Under the pieces are notes generated by a model. The model worked only from the letters and a program-made list of their open reading frames with translations. It did not search any database and had not been told where the DNA came from. This document shows positions 50,224 to 61,751 of a stretch of 64,000 nucleotides of DNA, one piece after another. Source of the DNA: Lepidodermella squamata (lineage: Eukaryota > Animalia > Gastrotricha); assembly GCA_047495785.1 (NCBI GenBank), contig JBLDXI010000028.1:1426001-1490000 (forward strand). Reading direction: 5' to 3'. A program made the translations under genes and the position numbers. How positions within the stretch are numbered: position 1 is the stretch's first letter; every line of letters starts with the position of its first letter.

Positions 50224-52678
50224 TTAATGGCGTGAGGTTCGCTTATTATCATTGATATAGACTTGATTGTAGCGGGATCCTCCCACCACCTGCTTCGCTG
50301 AAACGCTAAATTTGGAGTTTTCAATCTTTGCCACCGGCCATCGATTCGACCAAACTGGGTAGTTCAATATCAGATATATGGAGTTCGAATATAAAAGTGA
50401 CCCAATCGCAACGACCGTGATTTGATTGATTTCAGATCCCGACATCAGATAGGCAATCAGAAGGAATGCGAAGAAAATGGTTGCTGCATTTACTATAGCC
50501 AATCTTAGAAGGTTGCATTCGAACTTGTAGAAAGCCAGCGGAGTCTCCAGCTTAGTCCGGCTATCGTAAGTGAAGAAACAGTTGACAAGTGTGATCAACC
50601 CATTAATACCGATAATCGCTCCGAGCCACGATAATTCATTGACTGAGCTGCAGAAATAATGCCGGATGTCATAATACGAGTCGAGATCTTCGTCAAAAGA
50701 AACGGCCGTGGTTGTATAATCAACTTTGAAGTGATCAACTCCGAAAATCCATATCAGTACAACAGCTAGGATACACCCAAAAGCAATCAAGGATGCAAAG
50801 GACTGCAGTCTTGTGGACGTTGGTACTCGCTTGCTCATGTGATTGTTGAAATAAACTGCAGTTATGCTATTGGCTTTGCTCTGACGAGGCATCAGGTTTC
50901 TAAGAGATCGCATGATATCGCGTAACCCAAACATTCGGACCAGCATCACTAGATTGCAAATTGTTATACCTATGGACGTGAATAACGGGCGAATCTGGCA
51001 TAAAGCATCTGGGTTGTACGAAATTTCTAACAGCAACAAAATTGCTCCCAATTCTAAGATTACACATCCGAACAGAAGGAGAGAATTCGTTGGAAAATCG
51101 AAAAAGAAGATGAAATTGTCTCGATTAGCCTTCCGAGACAGCAAAACATAAATCGACACATGCGATATTGTTGAAGCAACAGCGATCGATAGTAACACGC
51201 CAAAGGATGATGTTGGAAACTCGGATGATAGGTGGATTACCTGGGACAGGTCTTTGGGGGGCTGTCCAGACTTGGTATACCAAACTGGGGCACTCATTGG
51301 AGTCAGTTTCCAAGTACTAGCGTTTTTCAGTGTTCTGATGTCATTATCAGTTCGAGTGATTTTGAAGACAATACGAACAGATCCAGGAACCTGCTGTACT
51401 ACGAAAACGTCCTCGTTGTCGATCAGCAAACGCTCAGAGAATCGAATCCTTCCAGCTCTCAGGCCAACAAAATCCGTCAGGGCTGTACTGGCATTTACAA
51501 CGTGCCGGACCAAATCAGGATTAGTCGAAAAGTCCTTCAAGCTCATGTTGTACTTTTCGCGAAGTACGGCTTCACTCCTGTTAAGGGCCAGAATTGTCCC
51601 CATTGCTGCGTCATGACAAACGTGGCGTTGATTTATATCCCCGACTCTTGTGCCGTTGAGCTCTCTGGCTAGATAGGCTTCGAAATAATCGTTATCATAG
51701 CCAAATGGCGTTGGTCCGAACTTTTCCCATGCGAAGTTAACAATGCCGAAGAAAAAGGTAACCTTTAACATTTCAGCTATCATAAACCTAGTGCAGCCTG
51801 GTATCAATGGCAAGCTGGGATCACCAGCTGTGGTATAGGCGAAGAAGTTAACGATGTAAACGTAGTAAGGTGCTGTCATGCCTGCATTGTACGCTAAGCA
51901 GAGAAACTTCACGTAGTTCGCCCCGATATTCCCATGAGCCATCACAATGACTCGCGCCCCGCTAGATTTGATGGCATCAATCACATCTTGATTCACCTCG
52001 GGTTCACTTCCGAAGTAGGGGACTTCGATATCATTTTCCGCGAAAATGCCCTGTAACATTCGTCCGAAAATGTCGTCGTTAGCATTTGCTGATGAGGTGA
52101 ATATAGCCATTTGATTCCATCCACCAACTTTTCTCGCGAACAGTGGAATGAGGATGCCGATATTTTCGAAAGGTCCTTGGGCTCGATACAAGTGGTTATA
52201 CAAGTTTCGCCTTGCGATAAGAAAAGGTCCAGCGCAACCTTCAGCAAACTGAATGAACTTGTTGACCTTGACTGTCAGTGCATTGGCTATAGAGACAAAA
52301 ATTTTTTATACTAAATTGTTAGAAAAAATGACTCGAAAACTTACTCTGGCAAGCTAATGAAGTTCCAATCACCATAGGAGACATGTAGGAATTGTTCGTT
52401 AGATTTCTTTCGAATTCCCATAAGAAGTTTACAAAACTCTGAGAGGCTCTCGTCGCTGCTGGTCCTTCGTCTTTGAGTACCATACGAATGTGGTAATCAG
52501 GCAGAATGTCTTTGCGTTAATTCGCCGTATCAATCACTAATTTAGCCGCCGTGCTGCAAGCGGTAGGAATATTAGGGCTGCTTAGTGGCATCATATTCAA
52601 CATGACTAGCTCATTGGGCTTCTTGTACTGGGCCAAAGCAAGAGCGTAACTAGCATAATGTAGCATATAAAGAAGCAT
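50224..52678 (-). pseudogene. GABA-B-like class C GPCR copy 3 with in-frame premature TAA (52517-52519); intron 52287-52344
   Basis: Exon 1 reads ..KLVIDTAN*RKDILPDYHIRMVLKDEG.., in frame with the paralogs; the remainder is intact and uses the same intron. Confidence 0.75.
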
Positions 52679-53471
52679 CTTTGGTGAAGCAGAAATCCAA
52701 TAAGTAATCACAGAGGCTCGTGATGAAAAATGACCCGGTTTCAAGTCACTTTTTCAATCAGATCTGAGTGGCAACCCAAAATTACATCCCTGTTATTTTC
52801 CAGATTTTAATTCAGGGATTGGCAAGACATCAGCACCACCCAATTATCTCATGAGTCGTGCTCCACGCGTGATTTTAGGAATGCGCATGTATTGACATCA
52901 TAAGTGTATCAGTAGTATGGGTATGCTAATCTAGATAATAATTAGCATGCGTTACACATGCGTATCTTGCATCCTCGGAAGAGCGTTTTTATAGAAATGA
53001 AGCTTTAGTTTCCAGGTCAATATAGTTTTTCCAAAGGAACCTTGCAAGAATTATTTAACTGCGGAACTGCAAAGACTATGACAAGCAGAGAAAGCGAATA
53101 AGAGCAGGTAGCTTTGATAAACAGGAAGGTCTGTTCAAGAGGACACGTCGATGACATCGCGGAAGGTGACGGAGAAATAGGAACGCCACTCCTTCCACTT
53201 CTTCACGTAGACCGAAAGGAGCGGCGTTTGACGAGGCCTATGCATGATTGGTCGTACAACATTTGCGTTTTTGGCTCTCATAGCCAAATGCGTGAGTACT
53301 GGGAACACGACAGCGCCGCTACGTGCGCCAACGCGCGCTGGCTGCGCACCACTGCGTAACAACTCGAGAATCGGTATGGCGCCCTATAATATAGTTTATT
53401 TATTGCTAAACAAGTTTCAAAGTGTGCAAACAATCAATGTGACAATAAACAATTTACTGAGTGCATAACTA

Positions 53472-54582
53472 CTGTAAAACCCCTTTTTTTCGCGGTGACT
53501 TTGAATTCGCGGTCGGGCCTAAAATCGGCCTGTTCTTATTTTCGCGGGTACTTGAATTCGCGGCCATGCCCTGTCAGGAGTTGCGCAACTTGGCTGCATA
53601 ATTCGCGGCGCGCTTGCGTTCACGAATGTTTCACGGAACAAGATTCAAATCTACACCAATCACGTTTCCGCTGATTGTCATTACTCCAAGGCTGACACGC
53701 GCGGTACCGTTTCGTGCGCGCGGTTAGAACAATGGGCGCACTCGAATGCGCGAAATCGACTCCAATAAGCTAGCAAGTGGTTTTTAGTGAACTTGAAACC
53801 GCGCGCGCTGATGTCAATGGTGAATTTTGGATTTTATTGTCGGTTTTTACACCAAAATGAAGTTCTGGAAACACTCTTTCTATTGAATATAAATTCTCAT
53901 TCGGAAATATTGATGGTAAATAGTTTGACGTTCGCGACAAATTTCTTCTTGGCAGTGCGCGCACAGCTGGCATGCGCGCGATATTTAAGGTGGACGTAAA
54001 ACTTTCTCCCATTAAATTTTTCGAGCGAGAACCCTATATTCAATAGAAAGAGCTTTGCCTGAATTTCATTGTGGTGTAAAAACCGACAATATTTCATCAA
54101 ATTTTCCTTTGCCATCAGCGCGCGCGGTCGAAATTCTAAAGTTGCTGTTTTTGCGCGTTTCAACTGTTTTGCGTGTGGCTGATTGGAGAAGTGCGCGTCC
54201 ATTGTTTCCAAACAATGGTCACAAATCATGATTACGCTGAACACCGCGCGTTGCCTTTTGTGTAACACTCACAAGCGCGTTGCCGAACTAGCTCCGCCCT
54301 GATCGGCCATTGGTCGACAGTTGCGCTTATTTAGCTTATTGCTAAAAAGCAATAAAATCTCAGAGCAAAAAACGCCAACCATAACCTATACACGCGCTAG
54401 AAACCTTGACCTGATATTTGCGTGATTTATTTTTGGGATGAGCAAATTTTCGCTGGTCAGAAATTTTCGCGAGAAAGAAATTTTCGCGGGGTATTAATTT
54501 TCGCGGATCTTAAATTCGCGGTCCCTTCATACCGCGAAAAACCGCGAAAATTAAGTCACCGCGAAAATAAGGGGTTTTACAG
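53472..54582. mobile_element. ~1.1-kb MITE with TA TSD and long internal palindrome
   Basis: TIRs CTGTAAAACCCCTTTTTTTCGCGGTGACTT / AAGTCACCGCGAAAATAAGGGGTTTTACAG flanked by TA; subterminal TTCGCGG repeats; internal inverted arms ~53720-54220. Confidence 0.85.
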
Positions 54583-54885
54583 TATATTCGTGAAAATAAA
54601 TGAAAAATTATTTCGAAACAATGCACGAATACAGCCAGACATATTGAGTATTCCCTCATTCGTAAATTGTTTCGGAAGATTTTTTTCAGAGCGAGCGTTT
54701 ATCAATTTCCATTCAAAAAACTAGTTTTTGGCGCATCTGGCGCTTTGAGATTTTGAGAAATTGCTAGAGCTGCCAAACTTTCATGAAAATATCTTCAATC
54801 GGAATTTCGCACCCTTCTGCCAGATCAAAAATACAAAGTACGAACAGCAATGTTAACAATAAGCTAATGACTCAAAATTCTCAGT

Positions 54886-57110
54886 TCATAATGCAATTTT
54901 CCGTGCTTCGCTCTCTGAAATAGTAGAAACTGCATAGCATATGATCGCCACGAATCCCAGCATGGCTATGATGAAAACAATAAAGTCAATCACTCTTTCT
55001 CGATGTAAGAAGAGTTTCCGCTTTTGGTCGAAGCCGATAATGCTCAAATCAACCACAACCACTTTGTTGAAAAACGTCTGGTACGTCCTGACGTATCCAC
55101 AACTGACAACGAAGAAAATCGTGCATAGAAGTGACAGCACTTGGCAAAAATCGGTGAAGTTTACTAAGAAAATCCGTTCACTTTTCTGCGGAACCATAGA
55201 CATAATTTAGGATAGACTGCCTACTCACGAGAAAAGGGTGGAACACCATGGGTCGCAGATGTTCAGCTGAATCATGAAAAACGCTCAAAATTTCGGTGGG
55301 AAAGTAAACAAAGCCTTTGATTTTTCTTCGATCGATTTCGTTAAATCAGCGCTGGTTCCCTCAATATTGTTGATGGAACCGGGAAGAGAATTTCGAGAGG
55401 AACAAGATGGTTATTTTTTCGTGAAATTATGATTTTTTTAATTTAGACAAAATGCATTTTATAGTTTTTGAGCCAGCAAATAAAATGGGAAATCGACAAG
55501 AATAAAAGTGAAATTGAATCAATTATCGATGGATCTAAACGCGGCTTGGCATGAGCTTTCTTTTGAGCCCAAGTTTGACCTTCGACGATTTTTTACTGAA
55601 TTATAACAATTTTTTGAAGTTTTTCGGTGGGAAACACCATTAATTTTTGCTTGTTAGCAAAACAGACACAAACAAACACGTGATTCATGCGCATGAATCT
55701 AAACCAGAACACAGCGCGAACCTTGCGCGTGAATCACATGTTTTGCTAAGATGTCCAATCCAAAAGTAATGGTTTTTTCCACCGAGAATCCTTCAAAAAA
55801 TTTCTAAAATTCAGTGAAAAATCGTTGAAGGTCAAACTTGGGCTCAAAAGACAGCTCACGCCAAGCCGCGTTTGGAACCGTCGGCAACTGCTTCAATTTC
55901 GCTTTTATTCCTGTCGATTTTGGATTTTATTTGCAACCTCAAAAATTTTGAAATGAATTTTGACCCGTTTAAAAAAATCCTAAAATTACGAAAAAATAAC
56001 CATCGTGTTTGTCGTGAAATTCTCTTCCAGGTTCCATCAACAAACTCGAGAGAACCAGCTCTGACTCCAAAAGATCGATCGAAGAAAAATCAAAAGCTTT
56101 GTTTACTTTCCCACCGAAATTTTGAGCGTTTTTCATGATTCAGCTGAACATCTGCGACCCATGGTGTTCCACCCTTCTCGTGAGTAGGCAGTCTATCCTA
56201 AATTATGTCTATGTGCGGAACCGAATCAACTATCTGACTTTGCAAGAAAGTTAAGGCGAGCATAATTGTAACAGCGAAAACGGGTCGATCTGGGACGCGG
56301 GGCGGGACAGCGAAAAGTGTTATCTCCAGGAATGAAATGCACATACGCGGAATCATGAGATGGTTAACATAATAGTCTGGCTTTCGAAGCAACCGAAATG
56401 TAAAAGCTGCCTCGCTTCTGTTACTTCCTTCTACAACAACTGTGTATAAACGACTTGCTAACAACCCAATTTTCATTCGAATTTAGAAAAATATCATAAA
56501 CCGGAAACTGAACAGGCTCGGTGAACATCGAAGCTTCGATTCTTTCCTGAAGCAAAAGCAGGATTTGACAATCTTGATGATCGAATGGGAAGTATTTGAG
56601 ATCCATCTCGCAAATTGACAGAAACGACCCGTACCTATTCCAATTGAATTCGATGGGATTTTTTTCGTTGCCGTAGTTGAGTTTGTAAAAGAACCGAGTT
56701 GTGACTCCATCATCCATGCCAAAATTTACCGGGGTGTTCTTATGGTTGATCGTAGGCTTCCAGTACAAGCTCAGATCGGTATTGACAATTCTCGAGTAGT
56801 TGAAGAAGAATTGTGGGCACTTGACAGTCCAAAGAAATCTTAACGTTCCCGTGAAAGTAAATGACTGAGACAGGTCGTTGACTTCCTTGAGATAGTCCGG
56901 CTGTAGTAGGATGGTTACATTGGTTGGAATGCAGACTCCACCCCTTCCTTGGCCTCTCATGCAGGTTGGCGAATACACTTCAGGCGACATGTGTTTGCAA
57001 AGTCGGCGCATTTCCAGCGTTGTCTCCAGTCTGAGCTCGTCCAGCTCATCGCCTCTGGTTGGACAAGTAAACGCTAGTAACGACAGGAAAAATAGTCTTT
57101 TTTCGGACAT
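54886..57110 (-). pseudogene. Cys-loop channel pseudogene (duplicate of 59378-60586), disrupted by an 8-bp deletion and a transposon insertion
   Basis: Three ORF pieces reconstruct a full subunit; AGTGCCGG is missing at ~56457 relative to the paralog (frameshift); a 1019-bp insertion lies in the M2-M3 loop. Confidence 0.9.
55195..56213. mobile_element. Foldback MITE with CATAGA...TCTATG termini and 8-bp TSD
   Basis: TSD TGCGGAAC at 55187-55194 and 56214-56221; terminal ~120 bp form a near-perfect inverted repeat, and inverted symmetry continues to the centre (~55700). Confidence 0.95.
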
Positions 57111-57589
57111 TCAAATTTGGCCGTTTGATATGAAACATGCAACAACCGGTCCGTTATTTCGTCCAAAAAATATTTCAATCCCATATCCCGCATCACATGG
57201 TTGGTGAGCAATACCTCACGTGAGCTGTAAACTGTTGCGGATAATTACTAAATCCCCGTTGACCCAAGAATTAGTCTATGTCTACAAAAAGGATGATTGA
57301 TCGAGGCGCGCCGTTCCATGCCATTTTTATATTGCGTGCGATACAGTTTTTCCGTTCTCATCCATTTATAAGATGAAATGCAATTTTCTCTACTTAAGAA
57401 TAATGTCCCAAGACATTTTAAAGTCGGTACTATAAACTAGTGACATGAAATGAATCCTTTTTAGGCATTTATTTAAATTATAGAGAAGCTCTTGGATTAA
57501 TTTTACGACAGTATAAGGCTTTTGTAGTGCAGAGGCATAAGAAGATAGCAGCTAAAATCGATTGGCCTGGCGTGACATTAACGAAATGG

Positions 57590-57780
57590 TTAATAAGTAA
57601 TAAACGAGAGCACCAGGGGCGCCAGCTGGTGGGCAGGTATAGCCAGAAGCTGGCGCTGTATAATGCGGCGCGGTAGCGCTGGATGACCGGTTGGCGACTG
57701 GGGTCCTGCAACTGGAGCTGGATAGTGGCCTGGGTGCATGGGAGCCGGATAACCGCGAATTGCCTGCATCAATGCTCATA
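57590..57780 (-). pseudogene. Degenerate copy of the Pro/Gly/Tyr-rich gene at 61054-61434
   Basis: GYPAPMHPGHYPAP is shared with the intact copy, then frameshifted (..YTAPASGYTCPPAGAPG in another frame); the 3' flank is homologous to ~60670-61050. Confidence 0.7.
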
Positions 57781-57911
57781 GGGATGGAAAAGTAATGACA
57801 CAAAATTAAACCTGAGTTCGACTTATGTGAACAATTGCCAGGGATACGAGCACAATTTCGTGATAATTTATTATCGAATGAATTTCGTATGATGGTGCAA
57901 ACAATCAAAAT

Positions 57912-59099
57912 TCAAGAATCGTTTACTCTTTCGCTCTCAGCGATTGTGGAAAATGCATAACCTATAATGCCCAGGAAACAAAACACAGCGATAACCAGTG
58001 CGATCAAGTCAATGATTCTTTCCAGTGAAATTACTAGCTTTTTCACCCCGAAAGTTCGCCTGTAGAACTTCTTCCAGGTCCGTGAGTATCCGCAACTCAC
58101 CGTGAAAAACATGGTGCAGATAAGTGAGAAAACCTGGCATAGATCTGTGAAAGTGGCAAGGAAAATTCGCTCATCCTTCGGCGGGACAGCTGCAGCAACT
58201 TGGCTCTGCAGGAAGGTTAGCGCTAAAAGAATAGTTACAGCAAACATCGGTCGATCTGGTATCGCCGGTGGGACAGCGAAAAGAAACATTTCTAATAACG
58301 CCAGGCAAATTGATGGCACCATTAGATGGTTGATGTAGTAACCAGGGAGTCGCTTGATTCGGAACTGGAAAGCCGCTTCACTTCGATTACTGCCTTCGAT
58401 AATAACCGTGTAGAGTTGGGTCGAGAACCGAGTTACAACCCAGTTTTCATTTGAAGTCAGAAAGCTGTCTGCTACCGGGAAACTCACCGGCCCCAGAAAC
58501 ATGGCTGCTTCAACGCGCTCTTGAAGCAACATTAGCACCTTGCAGTCCTGGGCATCGAACGGGAAGTATTTCAAATCCATTTGACATATCGACAAAAATG
58601 ACCCGAATCTGTTCCAGTTGAATTCGATTGGATTTTTCGCATTGCCATAGTTTAGTTTATAAAAGAACCGAGTTGTAACTCCGTCATCCATGCCGAAGTT
58701 GACGGGAGTGTTCTTATGGTTGATCGTTGGTTTCCAGAACAAATTAGGCTCAGTGTTGACGATCCTTGAGTAATTGAAGACCAATTCAGGGCATTTTATT
58801 GTCCAAAGAAATCTCAAAGTTCCAGTGAATGTGAAAGTCTGCTGAATATCGTTGACATCTTTCAGATAATCGGGTTGGAAGAGTATCGTTACGTTTGTTG
58901 GTACGCAGACTCCACCCCTTCCTTGGCCTCTGATGCATGTAGGGGAGTATACTTCAGGCGACAGCTGTTTGCAAGCTCGCATAAGTTGAAGTGTAGCTTC
59001 TTTCCCAAGTTCGTCATCTCCTTCAACAAAAGACGCAACCTTTTCAAGCTTTAATAAGGCTGTGATACAAAGGACTAATTGGAGCCGAAGTACAAGCAT
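57912..59099 (-). CDS. Divergent intronless Cys-loop channel subunit
   Basis: Likely ATG at 59099 (MLVLRLQLVLC signal peptide); CQMDLKYFPFDAQDC; four TMs. Confidence 0.88.
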   Translation of the reverse strand: MLVLRLQLVLCITALLKLEKVASFVEGDDELGKEATLQLMRACKQLSPEVYSPTCIRGQGRGGVCVPTNVTILFQPDYLKDVNDIQQTFTFTGTLRFLWTIKCPELVFNYSRIVNTEPNLFWKPTINHKNTPVNFGMDDGVTTRFFYKLNYGNAKNPIEFNWNRFGSFLSICQMDLKYFPFDAQDCKVLMLLQERVEAAMFLGPVSFPVADSFLTSNENWVVTRFSTQLYTVIIEGSNRSEAAFQFRIKRLPGYYINHLMVPSICLALLEMFLFAVPPAIPDRPMFAVTILLALTFLQSQVAAAVPPKDERIFLATFTDLCQVFSLICTMFFTVSCGYSRTWKKFYRRTFGVKKLVISLERIIDLIALVIAVFCFLGIIGYAFSTIAESERVNDS

Positions 59100-59377
59100 A
59101 ATTTCGAGCAAAATTTTGCTCACATGGAAACATCCGAATTGGTCTCGCGTCCAGGATGGTAATTTAAGACGGCAGTTCGATACTGCGACGACACTCACAG
59201 AAATCGATACGAGAGTAATTATAGCCCGGAGTGGTAATTGCGTATTGGAAATTCACGGCTGGTATTTGCTTGTGCTACGCGATTGAATATATTATCGTAA
59301 TTTTATTGCAAAACTGTTTCAACGTGCGCATATTTTGTGACAAAAAAGCTGTAAAAGCTTTCTACAGAGATCACGGT

Positions 59378-60586
59378 TCATAATGCAAGTTTCTTTGCTT
59401 CGCTCTCTGAAATCGTAAAAAATGAGTAGCAAACAATTGCGACAAATCCTGACATTGCTGCGATGAACACAAGAAGATCAATCACTCTTTCTCGGTGTAA
59501 ATAAAGTTTCCGCTGATTTTTACCAAAACCGATTAAGCTCAAATCTATCACGATCGCTTTGTTGAAAAACGCTTGGTACGTCCTAACGTATCCGCAACTG
59601 ATAACGAAGAAAATCGTGCATAGAAGTGACAGTACTTGGCAGAAATCGGTGAAGTTGACAAGGAAAATTCGTTCACTCTTCTGCGGGACGGAGTCAGTAA
59701 TCTGGCTTTGCAAAAACGTCAAAGCAAGCATAATCGTAACAGCGAAGACAGGCCGATCTGGGACTCGGGGCGGGACAGCGAACAGTGTTATCTCCAGAAA
59801 TGAAATGCAAATACATGGAATCATTAGGTGGTTGACGTAGTAGTCGGGCTTTCGAAGTAAGCGGAAGGTGAAAGCTGCCTCACTCCTATTACTTCCTTCA
59901 ACTACAACGGTATACAGATGACTTGAGTGCCGGCTAACCACCCAATTTTCATTCGAATTTAGGAAAATATCATAAACCGGAAACTGAACAGGCTCAGTGA
60001 ACATCGAAGCTTCGATTCTTTCCTGGAGCAAAAGCAGGATTTGACAATCTTGATGATCGAATGGAAAGTATTTGAGGTCCATCTCGCAAATAGATAGAAA
60101 CGACCCGTACCTATTCCAATTGAATTCGATAGGATTTTTTTCGTTGCCGTAGTTGAGTTTGTAAAAGAACCGTGTTGTGACTCCATCGTCCATACCAAAA
60201 TTAACTGGGGTGTTCTTATGGTTGATCGTAGGCTTCCAGTACAAGCTTAGATCTGTATTGACGATTCTCGAGTAGTTGAAGAAGAATTGTGGGCACTTGA
60301 CAGTCCAAAGAAACCTCAGCGTTCCCGTGAAAGTAAATGATTGAGACAGGTCGTTGACTTCCTTGAGATAGTCCGGCTGTAGTAGGATTGTTACATTGGT
60401 TGGAATGCAGACTCCGCCCCTTCCTTGGCCTCTCATGCAGGTTGGCGAATACACTTCAGGCGACATGTGTTTGCAAAGTCGGCGCATTTCCAGCGTTGTC
60501 TCCAGTCTGAGCTCGTCCAACTCATCACCATTGGCCGAATAAGTTACCGCCAGTACTAACAGAATTTGCAGCATGCTACCTGACAT
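59378..60586 (-). CDS. Divergent intronless Cys-loop channel subunit
   Basis: Signal peptide; CEMDLKYFPFDHQDC; M2 PDRPVFAVTIMLALTFL; four TMs. Confidence 0.9.
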   Translation of the reverse strand: MSGSMLQILLVLAVTYSANGDELDELRLETTLEMRRLCKHMSPEVYSPTCMRGQGRGGVCIPTNVTILLQPDYLKEVNDLSQSFTFTGTLRFLWTVKCPQFFFNYSRIVNTDLSLYWKPTINHKNTPVNFGMDDGVTTRFFYKLNYGNEKNPIEFNWNRYGSFLSICEMDLKYFPFDHQDCQILLLLQERIEASMFTEPVQFPVYDIFLNSNENWVVSRHSSHLYTVVVEGSNRSEAAFTFRLLRKPDYYVNHLMIPCICISFLEITLFAVPPRVPDRPVFAVTIMLALTFLQSQITDSVPQKSERIFLVNFTDFCQVLSLLCTIFFVISCGYVRTYQAFFNKAIVIDLSLIGFGKNQRKLYLHRERVIDLLVFIAAMSGFVAIVCYSFFTISESEAKKLAL

Positions 60587-61053
60587 TTTAATCAGGACAT
60601 CTGGCTGGAAAATTTAATCAGTGCTGTTATTTTCGTGAGAGTAGATCACGCATCAGTCTGACGAACAATATCTCACTTGAGCTGTAAAATCTTGCGGGTA
60701 ATTACATAATCCCGGCTGACTCTCGATTTTCTCTACGTCTACAGCAAAGGATAATTGATCTTAAGAGCCATGAGGTTCAATATTGCGTGCGATTCAATTT
60801 AAACTGATCTCATCCCTTTAAGATGAAAATCGATCTTCTACACTGGAGATTAATGTCCCAAGTCCCAAGACGTTTAAAAATCAGTATAAAACACCTGGAT
60901 AGGTCTTGTGAAATGAAATCTGCTCTGTTTATTGAAATTATCAAAGCTCTTGGATGGATTTTAAAGCAGTGTAAAGTTGTCAAGGCGTAAAAAGATAGTA
61001 GTCAAGCACACAGGGAAATGTTCAATCGATTTGCTTGAAAACACCGGAAAAAA

Positions 61054-61434
61054 TTAACGAGGTGGGTAATAACCAGGAGCACCGGGTGGCGGGTAGTAGC
61101 CAGGGGCGCCTGCTGGCGGGTAACCGTAACCAGGTGCTGGGGCTGGATAACCAGGGGCGGGAGCTGGATATCCGGGGGCAGGATAACCGGCCGGATAACC
61201 AGCTGGCGGGTAATGTCCTGGAGCCGGAGCTGGATAATGGCCAGGGTGCATCGGAGCTGGGTAACCAGCTGGGTAAGCTCCAGGAGGGTAGTGACCAGGA
61301 GGCAGCATTCCTTTCTTGGCTAGCTTATGCATTTTCTTCGCCTTCTTACGATCGTAATGGTTGGCGTAATGCATCCCGTGACTGGCCTTGCGCCATCCAT
61401 CGGAACTGCTGCAACTGCTGCTGGACTGAACCAT
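61054..61434 (-). CDS. Small Pro/Gly/Tyr-rich (G-H/Y-YP repeat) protein with His/Lys-rich N-terminus
   Basis: 126-aa ATG-initiated ORF with PGHYP/AGYP/PGYYPP repeats, upstream TTTTAG acceptor, and a degraded paralog at 57.6 kb. Confidence 0.65.
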   Translation of the reverse strand: MVQSSSSCSSSDGWRKASHGMHYANHYDRKKAKKMHKLAKKGMLPPGHYPPGAYPAGYPAPMHPGHYPAPAPGHYPPAGYPAGYPAPGYPAPAPGYPAPAPGYGYPPAGAPGYYPPPGAPGYYPPR

Positions 61435-61751
61435 TTCAAATCACAGTAAAACCCTAAAATTTACAGCAGGTAGAGATTGAGTTCAATTTTATCTTGAGTC
61501 TTGAAGCGAAAAATAATCTTCGTATGCAATCTCATACTAAAAGGTAGACAGAAATACGTGCTAAGGTTTTTTCCATGTTTATTGCGCTTTTTTATTATGC
61601 GTCAGCAATTCTGTATGCTGAAGTATCGCGCCACTTTGCATGTTTACCTTTCGTCACACCGGTGTGTTTTTTACGCATGACGTTATGTAAAAAGCTGCTG
61701 CAGTATTATTCATCAGAATTTTTATCTCGCTTCAGAAACTAGCAGCCCGGC

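Noticed and set aside
53114-53468. GC-rich ORFs next to the MITE
   Set aside because: No recognisable protein or splice structure; cannot be supported as a gene.
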